DNA of 38,265 bases from IMG/VR virus record IMGVR_UViG_3300035491_000097, positions 1 to 38,265 of that record. One strand, 5' to 3'. Below, piece by piece: positions 7,925 to 16,245 of this stretch (the stretch's first letter is position 1; each line of letters starts with the position of its first letter). Both the position numbers and the translations under genes were made by a program. The DNA is from a virus (lineage: Duplodnaviria > Caudoviricetes). A model generated the notes under the pieces. It made no database searches. It was given only the letters and a program-made list of their open reading frames with translations, and had not been told where the DNA came from.

Positions 7925-8932
7925 TTACGCGGCTTGCTGCATGCGCTGCGCCACGGCGGCCAGAATGCCGGGCAGCAGCCGCTGAGGCGGGCCGGATGGG
8001 TCCGCGATCCAGTCGGCGAGGTGCTCGACGTTGGCCAGCACCGCACACTGCGGTATCTCGCGCAGCGTGATGCGGCCCCGCTCGTCCAGGTGGCAGAGGA
8101 ACCGGTTGCTGCCGATCATGCCGCGCAGCAGCTCGGCGGGGTCGCCGCTGATCTGTGGGGCCTGCGGGGCTGGCGGCGCCGGCTGCTTGCCTTGCAGCTC
8201 GCCGAGCGTCCGGGCGAGCCAGTTACGCCAGCGGGCGCCGCGCTCGTGCTCGGCGTAATCGCTGGCACGAAAGGCAGCAGCGGGCGCGAGGAAGTTCAGC
8301 GACTGGCGCCCGCGCTTGGTGGTGCACACCTCGGTACGCGAGGCGGCGCGGGTGATGCGGTCCGATGAGCGCAGGCCCAGCGCGACAGCCACATTGGCAG
8401 CGGCGAACCAGGGCTGGCCGTCACGCATAATCACGCGGATGCGCTTGCCTTCGAAGGCTACCTGCTGCCAGTCAGCGGCCGACAGGCTGACGCTCATGCT
8501 TGGTGCATGCACGCGCTTCTCGCAATCGATGAAGTAGCGGCGGGCGGTGCGGCCCTGCTCGTTGTTCTCGACCATGGACAGTTCCTTGGCCATGTCGAGG
8601 GAGAGGTGGTATTCGATGCTTGGGCGCCCTCCGCGGGGTTTTTCAGTTTTTACTGAAAAACCTCCGCTCTGCGCTTTGTCGTCGCTCGGAGAAAGCCTTG
8701 CGTAATCGAGGTTTTCTTCGAAGCCGTACTGCTCAATCCGCTTTTTAATCCAATCTGAGAACTGCCAGCCGGCCTTAAGGAAGGCATGCAGCTCGCGCCC
8801 GTCGCATACCTGAGCAGGCAAGCCGCCGATCTGGCCATCGAAGACGCGCACCAACTGTTGTGTGGCGGAGGCAATGGTGTGGATTGCGCGGGTTGTGTTG
8901 CCGGTGTGTTGGGTTGTGGTAGTATCGACCAT
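7925..8932 (-). CDS. ant: Phage antirepressor (AntA/AntB domain plus Bro-N-like domain)
   Basis: RELHAFL..FSDWIK.RI..YGF.EN.DY, GGRPS.EY.LSLDMAKELSMVE..E.G..ARRYFI.CEK; then F.G..IRV..DG.PWF.A..VA.ALG; AGGA RBS before ATG 8932. Confidence 0.9.
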   Translation of the reverse strand: MVDTTTTQHTGNTTRAIHTIASATQQLVRVFDGQIGGLPAQVCDGRELHAFLKAGWQFSDWIKKRIEQYGFEENLDYARLSPSDDKAQSGGFSVKTEKPRGGRPSIEYHLSLDMAKELSMVENNEQGRTARRYFIDCEKRVHAPSMSVSLSAADWQQVAFEGKRIRVIMRDGQPWFAAANVAVALGLRSSDRITRAASRTEVCTTKRGRQSLNFLAPAAAFRASDYAEHERGARWRNWLARTLGELQGKQPAPPAPQAPQISGDPAELLRGMIGSNRFLCHLDERGRITLREIPQCAVLANVEHLADWIADPSGPPQRLLPGILAAVAQRMQQAA

Positions 8933-8998
8933 GACGTTATTCCTAGTTAGTTTGATGTCACCTGAAGCCTTGGCCTGTCCGCCGGGGCTTCTTCGTTT
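8932..8998 (+). ncRNA. Predicted sar-like antisense RNA against the ant translation start
   Basis: Plus-strand promoter TTGCCG(8898)-N16-TAGTAT(8920) with TGn extension; terminator stem GAAGCCTTGG/CCGGGGCTTC (8964-8991, G-U pairs only on +) then TTCGTTT; covers the ant RBS. Confidence 0.6.
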
Positions 8999-9168
8999 CA
9001 GGCTACCGCCTGCTTGCTTTGCATTTCCCGCCATTTGAATCCCTCCTCGATCAGCAAACCCAGTTCTGCGTTTAGGCTGCGGCGGCTGTTGCGCGCCTCG
9101 TTTTCTGCACGCTCGCGAATTTCATTGGCTAGTCGCAACGGATAGGCATTTTTTCTCTTCAATTCCAT
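8998..9168 (-). CDS. arc: Arc-family ribbon-helix-helix repressor
   Basis: 56 aa; YPLRL..EIRE.....A..S.RSLNAE; AGGAGG RBS; directly upstream of ant. Confidence 0.85.
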   Translation of the reverse strand: MELKRKNAYPLRLANEIRERAENEARNSRRSLNAELGLLIEEGFKWREMQSKQAVA

Positions 9169-9186
9169 AGGCCACCTCCTGACGGT

Positions 9187-9230
9187 GAATCTATTAGATG
9201 TCATTGACAGGATAGATGTCAAATAGATTC
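9187..9230 (-). promoter_or_regulatory. Pant-like promoter overlapped by a symmetric operator
   Basis: Minus strand TTGACA(9222-9217)-N18-TCTAAT(9198-9193); inverted repeat GAATCTATT/AATAGATTC and direct repeat TAGATGTCA x2. Confidence 0.7.
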
Positions 9231-9294
9231 TTTGATAGCAAACTGAGTCATTGCGCATACTGCAACTCGTAAAATCGCGAAGCCCTGAGCTCGA

Positions 9295-9759
9295 ATGAAC
9301 GAGAAGAAGCAGCAAACCGCCTACCCGCTACGCATGCCCAAAGAAACACGGCAGCTTCTTGAAAACAGCGCTAAGGAGGGCGGGCGGTCATTACACGCTG
9401 AAATCATCCAGCGCCTACAGGCGACCATCGATCTTGACGAGTTCATGGCTGAAACACAGGCCGGCACCTACGCCGATGCGTGCGCGATGCTGGAGTCAGT
9501 GCTGGCCGACAACAATCGTGTAGCAGCCAACGGCGGGCAGACGTTCGACGCCGCGTATCACCTGCTCGACCAGCTGCTGGAAGAGAAGCTCGCGCCCATC
9601 CGTGAAACGCTGCTGCAGGTCAAAAGCTACGAGAAGCGCGGCGACAAGCCCTCCCCCACTACCAAGAAGCCCATCCGCAAGACGTCCCGGCCGCTGGGCA
9701 TGGAGCAGGACGAATGGGAGGCCAGGCGCGCTGCCAGTCGGGAGCCGCGCGACGAGTAA
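9295..9759 (+). CDS. Arc/Mnt-family repressor with C-terminal extension (Mnt-like)
   Basis: YPLRMP.E.R..LE..A...GRSL.AEII.RL; divergent from arc. Confidence 0.8.
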   Translation: MNEKKQQTAYPLRMPKETRQLLENSAKEGGRSLHAEIIQRLQATIDLDEFMAETQAGTYADACAMLESVLADNNRVAANGGQTFDAAYHLLDQLLEEKLAPIRETLLQVKSYEKRGDKPSPTTKKPIRKTSRPLGMEQDEWEARRAASREPRDE

Positions 9760-9802
9760 CGCTGCGATTCCCGGTCCCCCGATTTGGGGGGCGGGCAGCA
9801 GT

Positions 9803-10045
9803 TCAGCGCTTGCTGATCAGCAAATCTTTCATAAGGGCATGCTCGATTTCCTGGGTGGTTGGCAGGTGGTAGGCCAGCACCTCCGCGACGATCTCGGCGG
9901 GCAAATTGGGCAGATGAGTCTGCCAGTAAAGCTTGGCGCGGGGCCTGTCGATACCCCCACGCATCTGCATCTCGATGCCCTTGCGCACGATGTCTTTGTG
10001 CGCCTGCTCTTCTTCCCTTTGCTTGCATTGTTCTGGAGTGATCAT
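9803..10045 (-). CDS. Possible small hypothetical protein (MITPEQCKQ...)
   Basis: Protein-like composition filling an otherwise empty lower-GC gap; no clear RBS. Confidence 0.35.
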   Translation of the reverse strand: MITPEQCKQREEEQAHKDIVRKGIEMQMRGGIDRPRAKLYWQTHLPNLPAEIVAEVLAYHLPTTQEIEHALMKDLLISKR

Positions 10046-10469
10046 GTCGGAATCCAATATCGAGCGGTTTGATGAGTTAACGGGGCGGGTGCTGGCTGCG
10101 CTTTACGCGGCCTTCCCTGTACCTGTTGCGCTATGCCCTGACCTCTTTGTGAGCGAGGCTTCGCGCATGGATGACTTCCTTGGGATGCCAGTGGCGACCG
10201 AGGAAGCCGAGTTCTGCGACGCCACCATTTGCTGGCTGGCAACAGCGGGCTACTTGCACTTCCAAGAACGTGATCCCGAGCTGTTGCAGGGCTTTGCGGG
10301 CGTGGTGCTGACAGCCAAGGGGCTTGAGCTGTTGAAGGCCATACCCGATAGCCTGGGCGGGTCGTTCGGCGAACGCCTGCGCGATGCAGCTGCGGCTGAA
10401 GGGCGGGAGGGCCTGCGCGCGCTGGCTTCCCAGGTGCTGGGCGCTGGTATTGCGCTGATGCTGAACTAG
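10044..10469 (+). CDS. Hypothetical accessory (moron-like) protein
   Basis: GGAG RBS before ATG 10044 (MSESNIERFD...); opposes the tail operon; WL...GYL and VLTAKGLELL suggest a winged-helix-like fold. Confidence 0.75.
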   Translation: MSESNIERFDELTGRVLAALYAAFPVPVALCPDLFVSEASRMDDFLGMPVATEEAEFCDATICWLATAGYLHFQERDPELLQGFAGVVLTAKGLELLKAIPDSLGGSFGERLRDAAAAEGREGLRALASQVLGAGIALMLN

Positions 10470-10482
10470 GCCCTGGCTGCCG

Positions 10483-10689
10483 CTACGACCACAACCGCAC
10501 GGTCTCGGACTTCTGCGCTGGCAGATCCGGCAGCAGGATCAGCTGGCCGGCGCTGTACGGCTGCGGCACCGAGGACAGGCCCGGGTTGGCCGCCAGCACC
10601 GCTTCCACGGTGCCGGTGAGGTGGCCGTAGTGGCGGTGGCAGAGGGTGTCGAGCACGTCGCCGTCAGCGGTTCGCGTAATCGTCGCCAT
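10483..10689 (-). CDS. P2 gpX-like tail protein (LysM-like)
   Basis: GD.LD.LC.RHYG....VEAVL.ANPGL.....G..I.LP...LW motif. Confidence 0.92.
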   Translation of the reverse strand: MATITRTADGDVLDTLCHRHYGHLTGTVEAVLAANPGLSSVPQPYSAGQLILLPDLPAQKSETVRLWS

Positions 10690-11617
10690 AGCGCTTGAAC
10701 TCCAGTGTGAATTGCTGCTTGAGCGGGGCGCCGTCGGCGGTGATGGAGCCCTGTTCCTCTTCGATCTGCACCAGGTACCAGCGGCCCAGGGCATCGCCGT
10801 AGCCGGTAGTCAGTTGCAGCGGCGATTGCAGGGCGCCGATGCGGCGCAGGGTGTCGAGCTGGCGAGCGCCGGCGTCGGTCTTGGTGTAGATGGCGCCGCT
10901 GATGCTGATGGTCTCGCCGCCCTTGTTCACCGCCTGCAGCGCCTCCTGCCGTTGCAGGCGTTCCTGGGTGGCGACGTTGAAGCTTGTGGTGCGCCGCAGC
11001 GAGTCGTACGCGGCCGTGCTAAGTCCGAAGAAGAACTTCTCGCCGGTCGATTCGGCGGTCAGCACGAGCAGGTGCGAGCGGGATGAGGATGCGGCGGGCG
11101 CGATGGGCAGCATCGGCGAAGCCAGGCTGTTGACTATCGGCACCGCCGTTGGCTTGCCGGTTAGGCCATCCATCACCGTTGCGAAATTGTTGCGCAGCGC
11201 ATCCATCGCTGCGCCCGGGAGCGCCATTGTCTGCTGCTTTAACGTAGTGAGCATGCCGCTGAAGTCGGAAAAAACCGGCGCGAGCTTGGTGGCGATGGCC
11301 GCGCCGGCTTCGCCCGCAGCATTCGCCGCGGCCATGCCTTGCGAGATCGACGCTTCAGCGGTAGACAGCGCCCGTAGACCACGACCGATCTTGCCGGCCT
11401 GTTCGCCCGGCAGGAAACTCAGGTCCACCCCCTTGGCGGCGCCGATGAAGCTCCGCATCGCATCAGTCGACCCAGCCAGGTTGAGGCGCGTGGCCGAGGC
11501 GAGAAGGTCGGCGGCAGCCGCCTTGCCAGACTGCGCGGCAGTCACGGTAGCGCGCATCCGCTCGCCGCCAGCGGCGGCAAGCGAGGCGGCGTGCGACAGG
11601 TTGCTGATTAGTTCCAT
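10664..11617 (-). CDS. P2 gpU-like tail tube initiator with long N-terminal extension
   Basis: C-terminal F.F.L.TAAYD.L.R...QERL....ALQ.V..G.E.I..SG..P.QL..GYG..LG.W; between tape measure and gpX. Confidence 0.85.
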   Translation of the reverse strand: MELISNLSHAASLAAAGGERMRATVTAAQSGKAAAADLLASATRLNLAGSTDAMRSFIGAAKGVDLSFLPGEQAGKIGRGLRALSTAEASISQGMAAANAAGEAGAAIATKLAPVFSDFSGMLTTLKQQTMALPGAAMDALRNNFATVMDGLTGKPTAVPIVNSLASPMLPIAPAASSSRSHLLVLTAESTGEKFFFGLSTAAYDSLRRTTSFNVATQERLQRQEALQAVNKGGETISISGAIYTKTDAGARQLDTLRRIGALQSPLQLTTGYGDALGRWYLVQIEEEQGSITADGAPLKQQFTLEFKRYGDDYANR

Positions 11618-11641
11618 GGCACTTCCTTCGTTAGGCTGCGG

Positions 11642-14002
11642 TTACACATGCGCGGTGTCGAACAGTTGCGCGCGTTGGTGCTGGGCGCTGAACGAGTCGA
11701 ACATCTGCTTGAGGTGCGGCATCAGCTCATTGGCGACAGTGCGCGGGTCTTTGACGTCGCCCTGCACCGTCAGGCTGATCTGCGGGGCAAAGCTGAGATT
11801 CGCTGGTGGCGGGGGCGCGGCGGGTGTTGCAGCCTGCGCTGTAACGGCTGCAGCTTCAGCGGCTTTCGGGGCGGGCGGCTCATCGGCGCCGAACGCTTTC
11901 TTGCCGAGCCAGCCGCCCAGTTTGTCGCCGCCGAACGAGCCAATCGCGGCGCCGATCAGCCCACCGGCTGCAGCGCCGAGGGGCCCGGCCAGGGCGCCCA
12001 TCATCGCGCCTGCCTTGGCGCCGGCCAGGCCGCCGGCGAGCGTGCCCGCGGCGCCACCGTAGCCTTCGGCTTTTTCGTCGCGCGTTGTGGCGGTGGTAGC
12101 CGTGTTGTATACCCCAGCAACGGCACCAAGCACGGCCAGCCCGCCGCCGAGCTTGCCGCCACTTTTGCCGAGAAAGCTCAAGGCTTTGCCGAGCATTCCG
12201 CCACCGGCCTTGCCGGCCTTGGTCTTGCCGCTGATCGAGTCCAGCACGCCGCCGCTTGGCCAGTTGGTCACGACCACGCGCTGTGCATCTTCGCCGCCCA
12301 GCAGTGCGCCCGCTGCCGCACCGGCCTTGCCGCCAAATACCTTGCCGACCACGTTGCTGACGGCAGATCCGGTGCCGCTGCCGCCGCCTGAGCCGCCCCC
12401 GAGTAGGGCGCGGCCCATCTTCATCGCGCCACCAGCCATCTTGAGGGTGCCGATGGCCCCGACTAGCGAGGCCACTCCCGCTGCAGCCACCAGCGAGCCG
12501 CTGGCCACCATTGGGTACTTTTCGGTCAGGCTGGCCATTCCCGCCGCAACGGCGCTGATACCGTCTGCGGTGAAGTCCGTGATCGGGCGGATGGCGTCGC
12601 CGATTTTCAGCATTAGGTTGCCGAACTGGTCGCCGGCTTCCTTCCACTTGTTCTGCGATGCGTCGCGGCGGTCGTTAAGATCCTTCTCCAACTTGGCCTG
12701 ACCGTCGGCGCTCTTGATGGCCTTGAGGTTTTCCTGGGTGAGCTTCTTGTTCTGGATCGCGGCGAGCGCGGCTTGCTTGGCCTGCTGGTCACCGATGAAC
12801 TCGGTCAGGCCGGCCATGGACAGGTAGCCGTCCAGCATCTTCTGCCGGGCGGCAGGGTCTTCGGTGGCGGCGATCTGCTCCTGGATCTTCGCGAGCTGCT
12901 TGGCTTTCTCCGGGTCGGTGCGCTGCATCGATTGTTCGATCAGGCCGATGAACGCCGAGACCGGGTCGTAGCCCTTGGCGATGGCGGCCTGCATCGAGCC
13001 GTCGTAGTCGATGCCCTGGTCCTCGAAACGCTTGCGGGTGTCCTGTGCGGTGATCTTGCTGAACAGGTTGCGCAGGTTGTTCGCCGCTTCGTCGGCGCTG
13101 CCGGCGGCTTTCATCTGCGTTTGCAGCATGTTGGCGAGGCCAACGGTCGCGGCCTCGCCGCTGATGCCGAAGCCGGTCATCTGCGGCATCAGGGTGGCGA
13201 AGTGGCGCGCCATGTCCTTGGCTTCGAAGCTGCCCAGGTCGCCGGCCACGGCGATATTGCCGAGCGCCTTTTCCATGCCCTTGGCATCGGTGACGCCGGC
13301 CTGCTTGAGCGCGAGCACCATCGCCGAGACGTCACTGGCGCCGGCGTTCTGGCCGACCGCGAACTTGGCGATCAGGCTGGCGAAGCCGGCGGCGTCCTTG
13401 ATTTCCATGCCGCCGGCCACCAGCTGGTTGACGGCCTCTGCCAGTTCGTTGCGATCCATGCCGTTCGCTGAGGCGTCGCGGCGGATGGATTCGGCCAGGG
13501 CGGTTTCCTCACCCGTGCGGGCGATGCCGCCCTTGATGGCGATGTCGCGGATGATGGCCTGGTAGTTGGCAGCGACCATGGTTGGCGCGGCAGCGGTCGC
13601 GGCCACGGCGCCGCCGATCTGCATCGCCTGTCGGCCCTGCGCCAGGCCTTCGCCGAGCTGCGCGCGGCCGGCCTCCATCATCTCGGCGCTGCGCGCGGCG
13701 CGTGCGAGTCGGGTGTACTCCTTTTCCAGCCGGCCGACCGATACGCCGTGCTCTTTCAGCCGGGCGACGTTGCGGGCGTGCAGATCCTCGAGGCGCTTGA
13801 GGCCACTGCCTCCCTGCTGCACCGTGCGGACCATCTCGCGGCGCAGCTCGATAGTCTCACCCACCAGCCGATGCAGGCCCCGGGTCTTTTCTGCGCGCGC
13901 GCGCAGGCCATCCATGCCGCGCGTGGTCTCGCCAATCGCGCGGCCGAACGAGGAGGCGACGGAGCCGCCAATGACGACGCCGAGCGCTATGCCTTTGCTC
14001 AT
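11642..14002 (-). CDS. Tail tape measure protein
   Basis: 786 aa Ala/Gly-rich helical protein, G..GSFE.KDMA..F core, follows the tail chaperone. Confidence 0.93.
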   Translation of the reverse strand: MSKGIALGVVIGGSVASSFGRAIGETTRGMDGLRARAEKTRGLHRLVGETIELRREMVRTVQQGGSGLKRLEDLHARNVARLKEHGVSVGRLEKEYTRLARAARSAEMMEAGRAQLGEGLAQGRQAMQIGGAVAATAAAPTMVAANYQAIIRDIAIKGGIARTGEETALAESIRRDASANGMDRNELAEAVNQLVAGGMEIKDAAGFASLIAKFAVGQNAGASDVSAMVLALKQAGVTDAKGMEKALGNIAVAGDLGSFEAKDMARHFATLMPQMTGFGISGEAATVGLANMLQTQMKAAGSADEAANNLRNLFSKITAQDTRKRFEDQGIDYDGSMQAAIAKGYDPVSAFIGLIEQSMQRTDPEKAKQLAKIQEQIAATEDPAARQKMLDGYLSMAGLTEFIGDQQAKQAALAAIQNKKLTQENLKAIKSADGQAKLEKDLNDRRDASQNKWKEAGDQFGNLMLKIGDAIRPITDFTADGISAVAAGMASLTEKYPMVASGSLVAAAGVASLVGAIGTLKMAGGAMKMGRALLGGGSGGGSGTGSAVSNVVGKVFGGKAGAAAGALLGGEDAQRVVVTNWPSGGVLDSISGKTKAGKAGGGMLGKALSFLGKSGGKLGGGLAVLGAVAGVYNTATTATTRDEKAEGYGGAAGTLAGGLAGAKAGAMMGALAGPLGAAAGGLIGAAIGSFGGDKLGGWLGKKAFGADEPPAPKAAEAAAVTAQAATPAAPPPPANLSFAPQISLTVQGDVKDPRTVANELMPHLKQMFDSFSAQHQRAQLFDTAHV

Positions 14003-14030
14003 GGGTACTCTCCGCAGGAGTGCGATTGCG

Positions 14031-14168
14031 TCAGCCGCCCAGCCACCAGGCGGCGTCGCACAGGGTCAGCCGGTCGATCTCCGACGGCTGGAAATGCAGC
14101 TCGGCCGCCAGGCGTCGAGCGATATGACGCAGCGAATCAGGCGTCGACGTTATCGGACACAAGGCGAA
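14031..14168 (-). CDS. gpE'-like tail chaperone extension (+1 frame relative to the upstream chaperone)
   Basis: Frame reads ...LRHIARRLAAELHFQPSEIDRLTLCDAAWWLGG*; resembles the P2 GpE-family F.PSE...L.L....W motif; no ATG in this stretch. Confidence 0.7.
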   Translation of the reverse strand, partial: FALCPITSTPDSLRHIARRLAAELHFQPSEIDRLTLCDAAWWLGG

Positions 14169-14445
14169 AATAGCCCTCCTGGAGCCGGCCGTAATCGCGC
14201 AGCGTGAGCCGCTCGATATCGGCCACGCCGCACTCGGCGAGGGTGGCGAACAGCTGGATCTCCTTCGCTTCGTCGTCGTCCTTGTTGAGCTTGTTGGCGG
14301 CGCGCATGTCGCCGATGGTCGGGCTGCGCAGGGTGATACGGTCGACGCGCACGCCGTTGAGTTCGACCGGCTTGGACAGCTGGACGATGGCGGCGTCGGC
14401 GCCGAGGGTGAGCCACTCGGGCAGCGGCTTGTTGGTATCGGTCAT
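14137..14445 (-). CDS. Tail assembly chaperone (gpE-like)
   Basis: L..P..NG.....TLR.PT.GD, E..LFA.LA, DY.RLQ.GYFRL; located between tube and tape measure. Confidence 0.88.
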   Translation of the reverse strand: MTDTNKPLPEWLTLGADAAIVQLSKPVELNGVRVDRITLRSPTIGDMRAANKLNKDDDEAKEIQLFATLAECGVADIERLTLRDYGRLQEGYFRLVSDNVDA

Positions 14446-14492
14446 GCGTCAATCCTCGAAGAGATGGGCCTGCGCTGCAGGCCCGGAGTGGG

Positions 14493-14996
14493 TCAGAGGC
14501 CGATGGCGGCGCGCTCGGCTGCCGCTTCGTCGTTGCCGTTGATGATCCGCACGCAGTTGAGCGGGTCCATTTCGTAGACGACCTGGCCGTCTACCTCGAG
14601 CTTGTAGTAGCTGGGCGCCAGGGTGAACGTCGACTCGCCCTTCTCGCCCGCCACCCAGCTGCCCATGTCCAGCTCTTCGAGCATGCCGCGCAGGGTGGCG
14701 ACCGCCGGGGTGATGTTGCCCTTCTGGTCTTTGTAGGCGCCGCGGAACGTGCCGTTGAACGAGGTGTCGTCCGCCAGGCCGAACATGCCGAGCAGCTCGC
14801 GGTCAACGCCGGTGACCTTGAAGGAGCCGTCGAGCATTTCCATGCCCATGCCCATCTTCACCGGGCCGTCCATGCCGCCAGCGCGGTGCTCTTCGGTCTT
14901 GCGGCGCAGCTTTGGCAGTACAAGTTCGGTGACGCGCCCGGAAAAGCTGCGACCGTCGACGAACAGGTTCATGTTGGTAAGTACTTGAGGAATCAT
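14493..14996 (-). CDS. Major tail tube protein (P2 FII-like)
   Basis: P..L.NMNLFVDG, LPKL..KTEE.RAGGMDG, YYKL.VDG. Confidence 0.95.
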   Translation of the reverse strand: MIPQVLTNMNLFVDGRSFSGRVTELVLPKLRRKTEEHRAGGMDGPVKMGMGMEMLDGSFKVTGVDRELLGMFGLADDTSFNGTFRGAYKDQKGNITPAVATLRGMLEELDMGSWVAGEKGESTFTLAPSYYKLEVDGQVVYEMDPLNCVRIINGNDEAAAERAAIGL

Positions 14997-15011
14997 CGCG
15001 GGGTCAGCTCC

Positions 15012-16181
15012 TTAGCTGTTGGTGTCGAGCACTTCAGTGATCCACTGGTTGGTAACCTCGACGCGGAACTGCGGGTTCTCGGCCGGCGGCACGTCGGTGA
15101 AGCGGATGTTCCAGTACACGCGGCCCTGCTCCAGTTGGCTTGCGGTGTTCAGCTCGGTGTCCGGGTAGACCTCGAAGTTGATCAGCGCGCCCTGGTTCTT
15201 CAGGTCGCGCATGAAGGCGTTGAGGCCCTCGGTCACGTCCTTCACGTAGGTCTTTGTGATGGAGCGGTCGACAGCCCACTTGTGGCCGTAGAGGATCGCG
15301 TCCATCACGATATCCACGGTGCGCACGCGGGTGACGAATGCCCACTTCGGGTCCGCGCTCAGCGTGCGGTTGCCCCACAGGCGGAAGCCGCCGTCGCGGA
15401 TCACCGTCGCGATGTTCGCGGCGTTGAGCAGGTTGGCGCGGCAGGTGTCGTCGCCATCGAGGAACTCGATCGGGCGGGCAGTGCCGACGATACCGGTGAT
15501 TTCCTTGTTCGACGGGCTCGCCCAGAAACCGTAGCGTGCGTCGGTCTGCGCGAACAGGCCGGCGACATACGCGGACGCCGGGGCATGCGCCTCGCCGTTG
15601 GCAGTGGTATCCCAGAACTTGACGCCCGGGTCGACCATGTAGATGCGCTTGCTGCCGAAATTGCCGGCATAGGCGATGGCCGCTTCGTCGTCCGTGTTGG
15701 GGCCGTCGACGATGGCGATGGCCTTGAGCTTGGCGGCGATGCCGTCCATTGCAGTCGCGACCGCCTGAGTGCTGGAGTGGCCTGGGGCGATCAGCAGGCG
15801 GGGCTGCGCGTTGTAGCGCGACTTGCCGTCCAGCAGGGCCTGCAGGCCGGTGCGGGCACCGGTTTCGTCGATGCCGCCGATGATGGCGCTGGTGGTCGCG
15901 GCGTCATCGATGCCGGCCTCGATGCCCACCGCCACGATCACCGCGCTGGACTGCTCGTAGATCGCCCGGGCCGCCTGGGTGATGGGCGCATCGGCGCCGA
16001 ACGCGGCAACCGCTTCGCGGTAGCTGGTCAGCAGCACCGGGTCGTTCGCGCTGCGCAGGCCAGCGCCGGCCGTGAACAGACCCACAAGACCGATGATGGA
16101 GCTGGTCGGGATGGCGATCGGGCGCGGGCCGGTGTCGACCAGCGTGACGGTGACGCCATGGAAAAACGATGTCTGGGCCAT
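15012..16181 (-). CDS. Tail sheath protein (P2 FI-like)
   Basis: FHGV, RTGLQAL, GFW.SPSN, GFRLWGNRT, PPAE motifs. Confidence 0.95.
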   Translation of the reverse strand: MAQTSFFHGVTVTLVDTGPRPIAIPTSSIIGLVGLFTAGAGLRSANDPVLLTSYREAVAAFGADAPITQAARAIYEQSSAVIVAVGIEAGIDDAATTSAIIGGIDETGARTGLQALLDGKSRYNAQPRLLIAPGHSSTQAVATAMDGIAAKLKAIAIVDGPNTDDEAAIAYAGNFGSKRIYMVDPGVKFWDTTANGEAHAPASAYVAGLFAQTDARYGFWASPSNKEITGIVGTARPIEFLDGDDTCRANLLNAANIATVIRDGGFRLWGNRTLSADPKWAFVTRVRTVDIVMDAILYGHKWAVDRSITKTYVKDVTEGLNAFMRDLKNQGALINFEVYPDTELNTASQLEQGRVYWNIRFTDVPPAENPQFRVEVTNQWITEVLDTNS

Positions 16182-16202
16182 GTGGCCTCCTTTATGACGG
16201 GC

Positions 16203-16225
16203 AATAAAAACCCGCCGGGGCGGGT
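16203..16225 (-). terminator. Terminator between the fibre/DGR block and the sheath gene
   Basis: Minus strand ACCCGC-loop-GCGGGT followed by TTTTATT. Confidence 0.65.
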
Positions 16226-16245
16226 GTTTGGGCGAATCGTTACGC

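Noticed and set aside
14150-14175. Canonical -1 frameshift in the tail chaperone
   Set aside because: No XXXYYYZ heptamer at the 3' end and the -1 frame stops at 14150, missing the conserved extension
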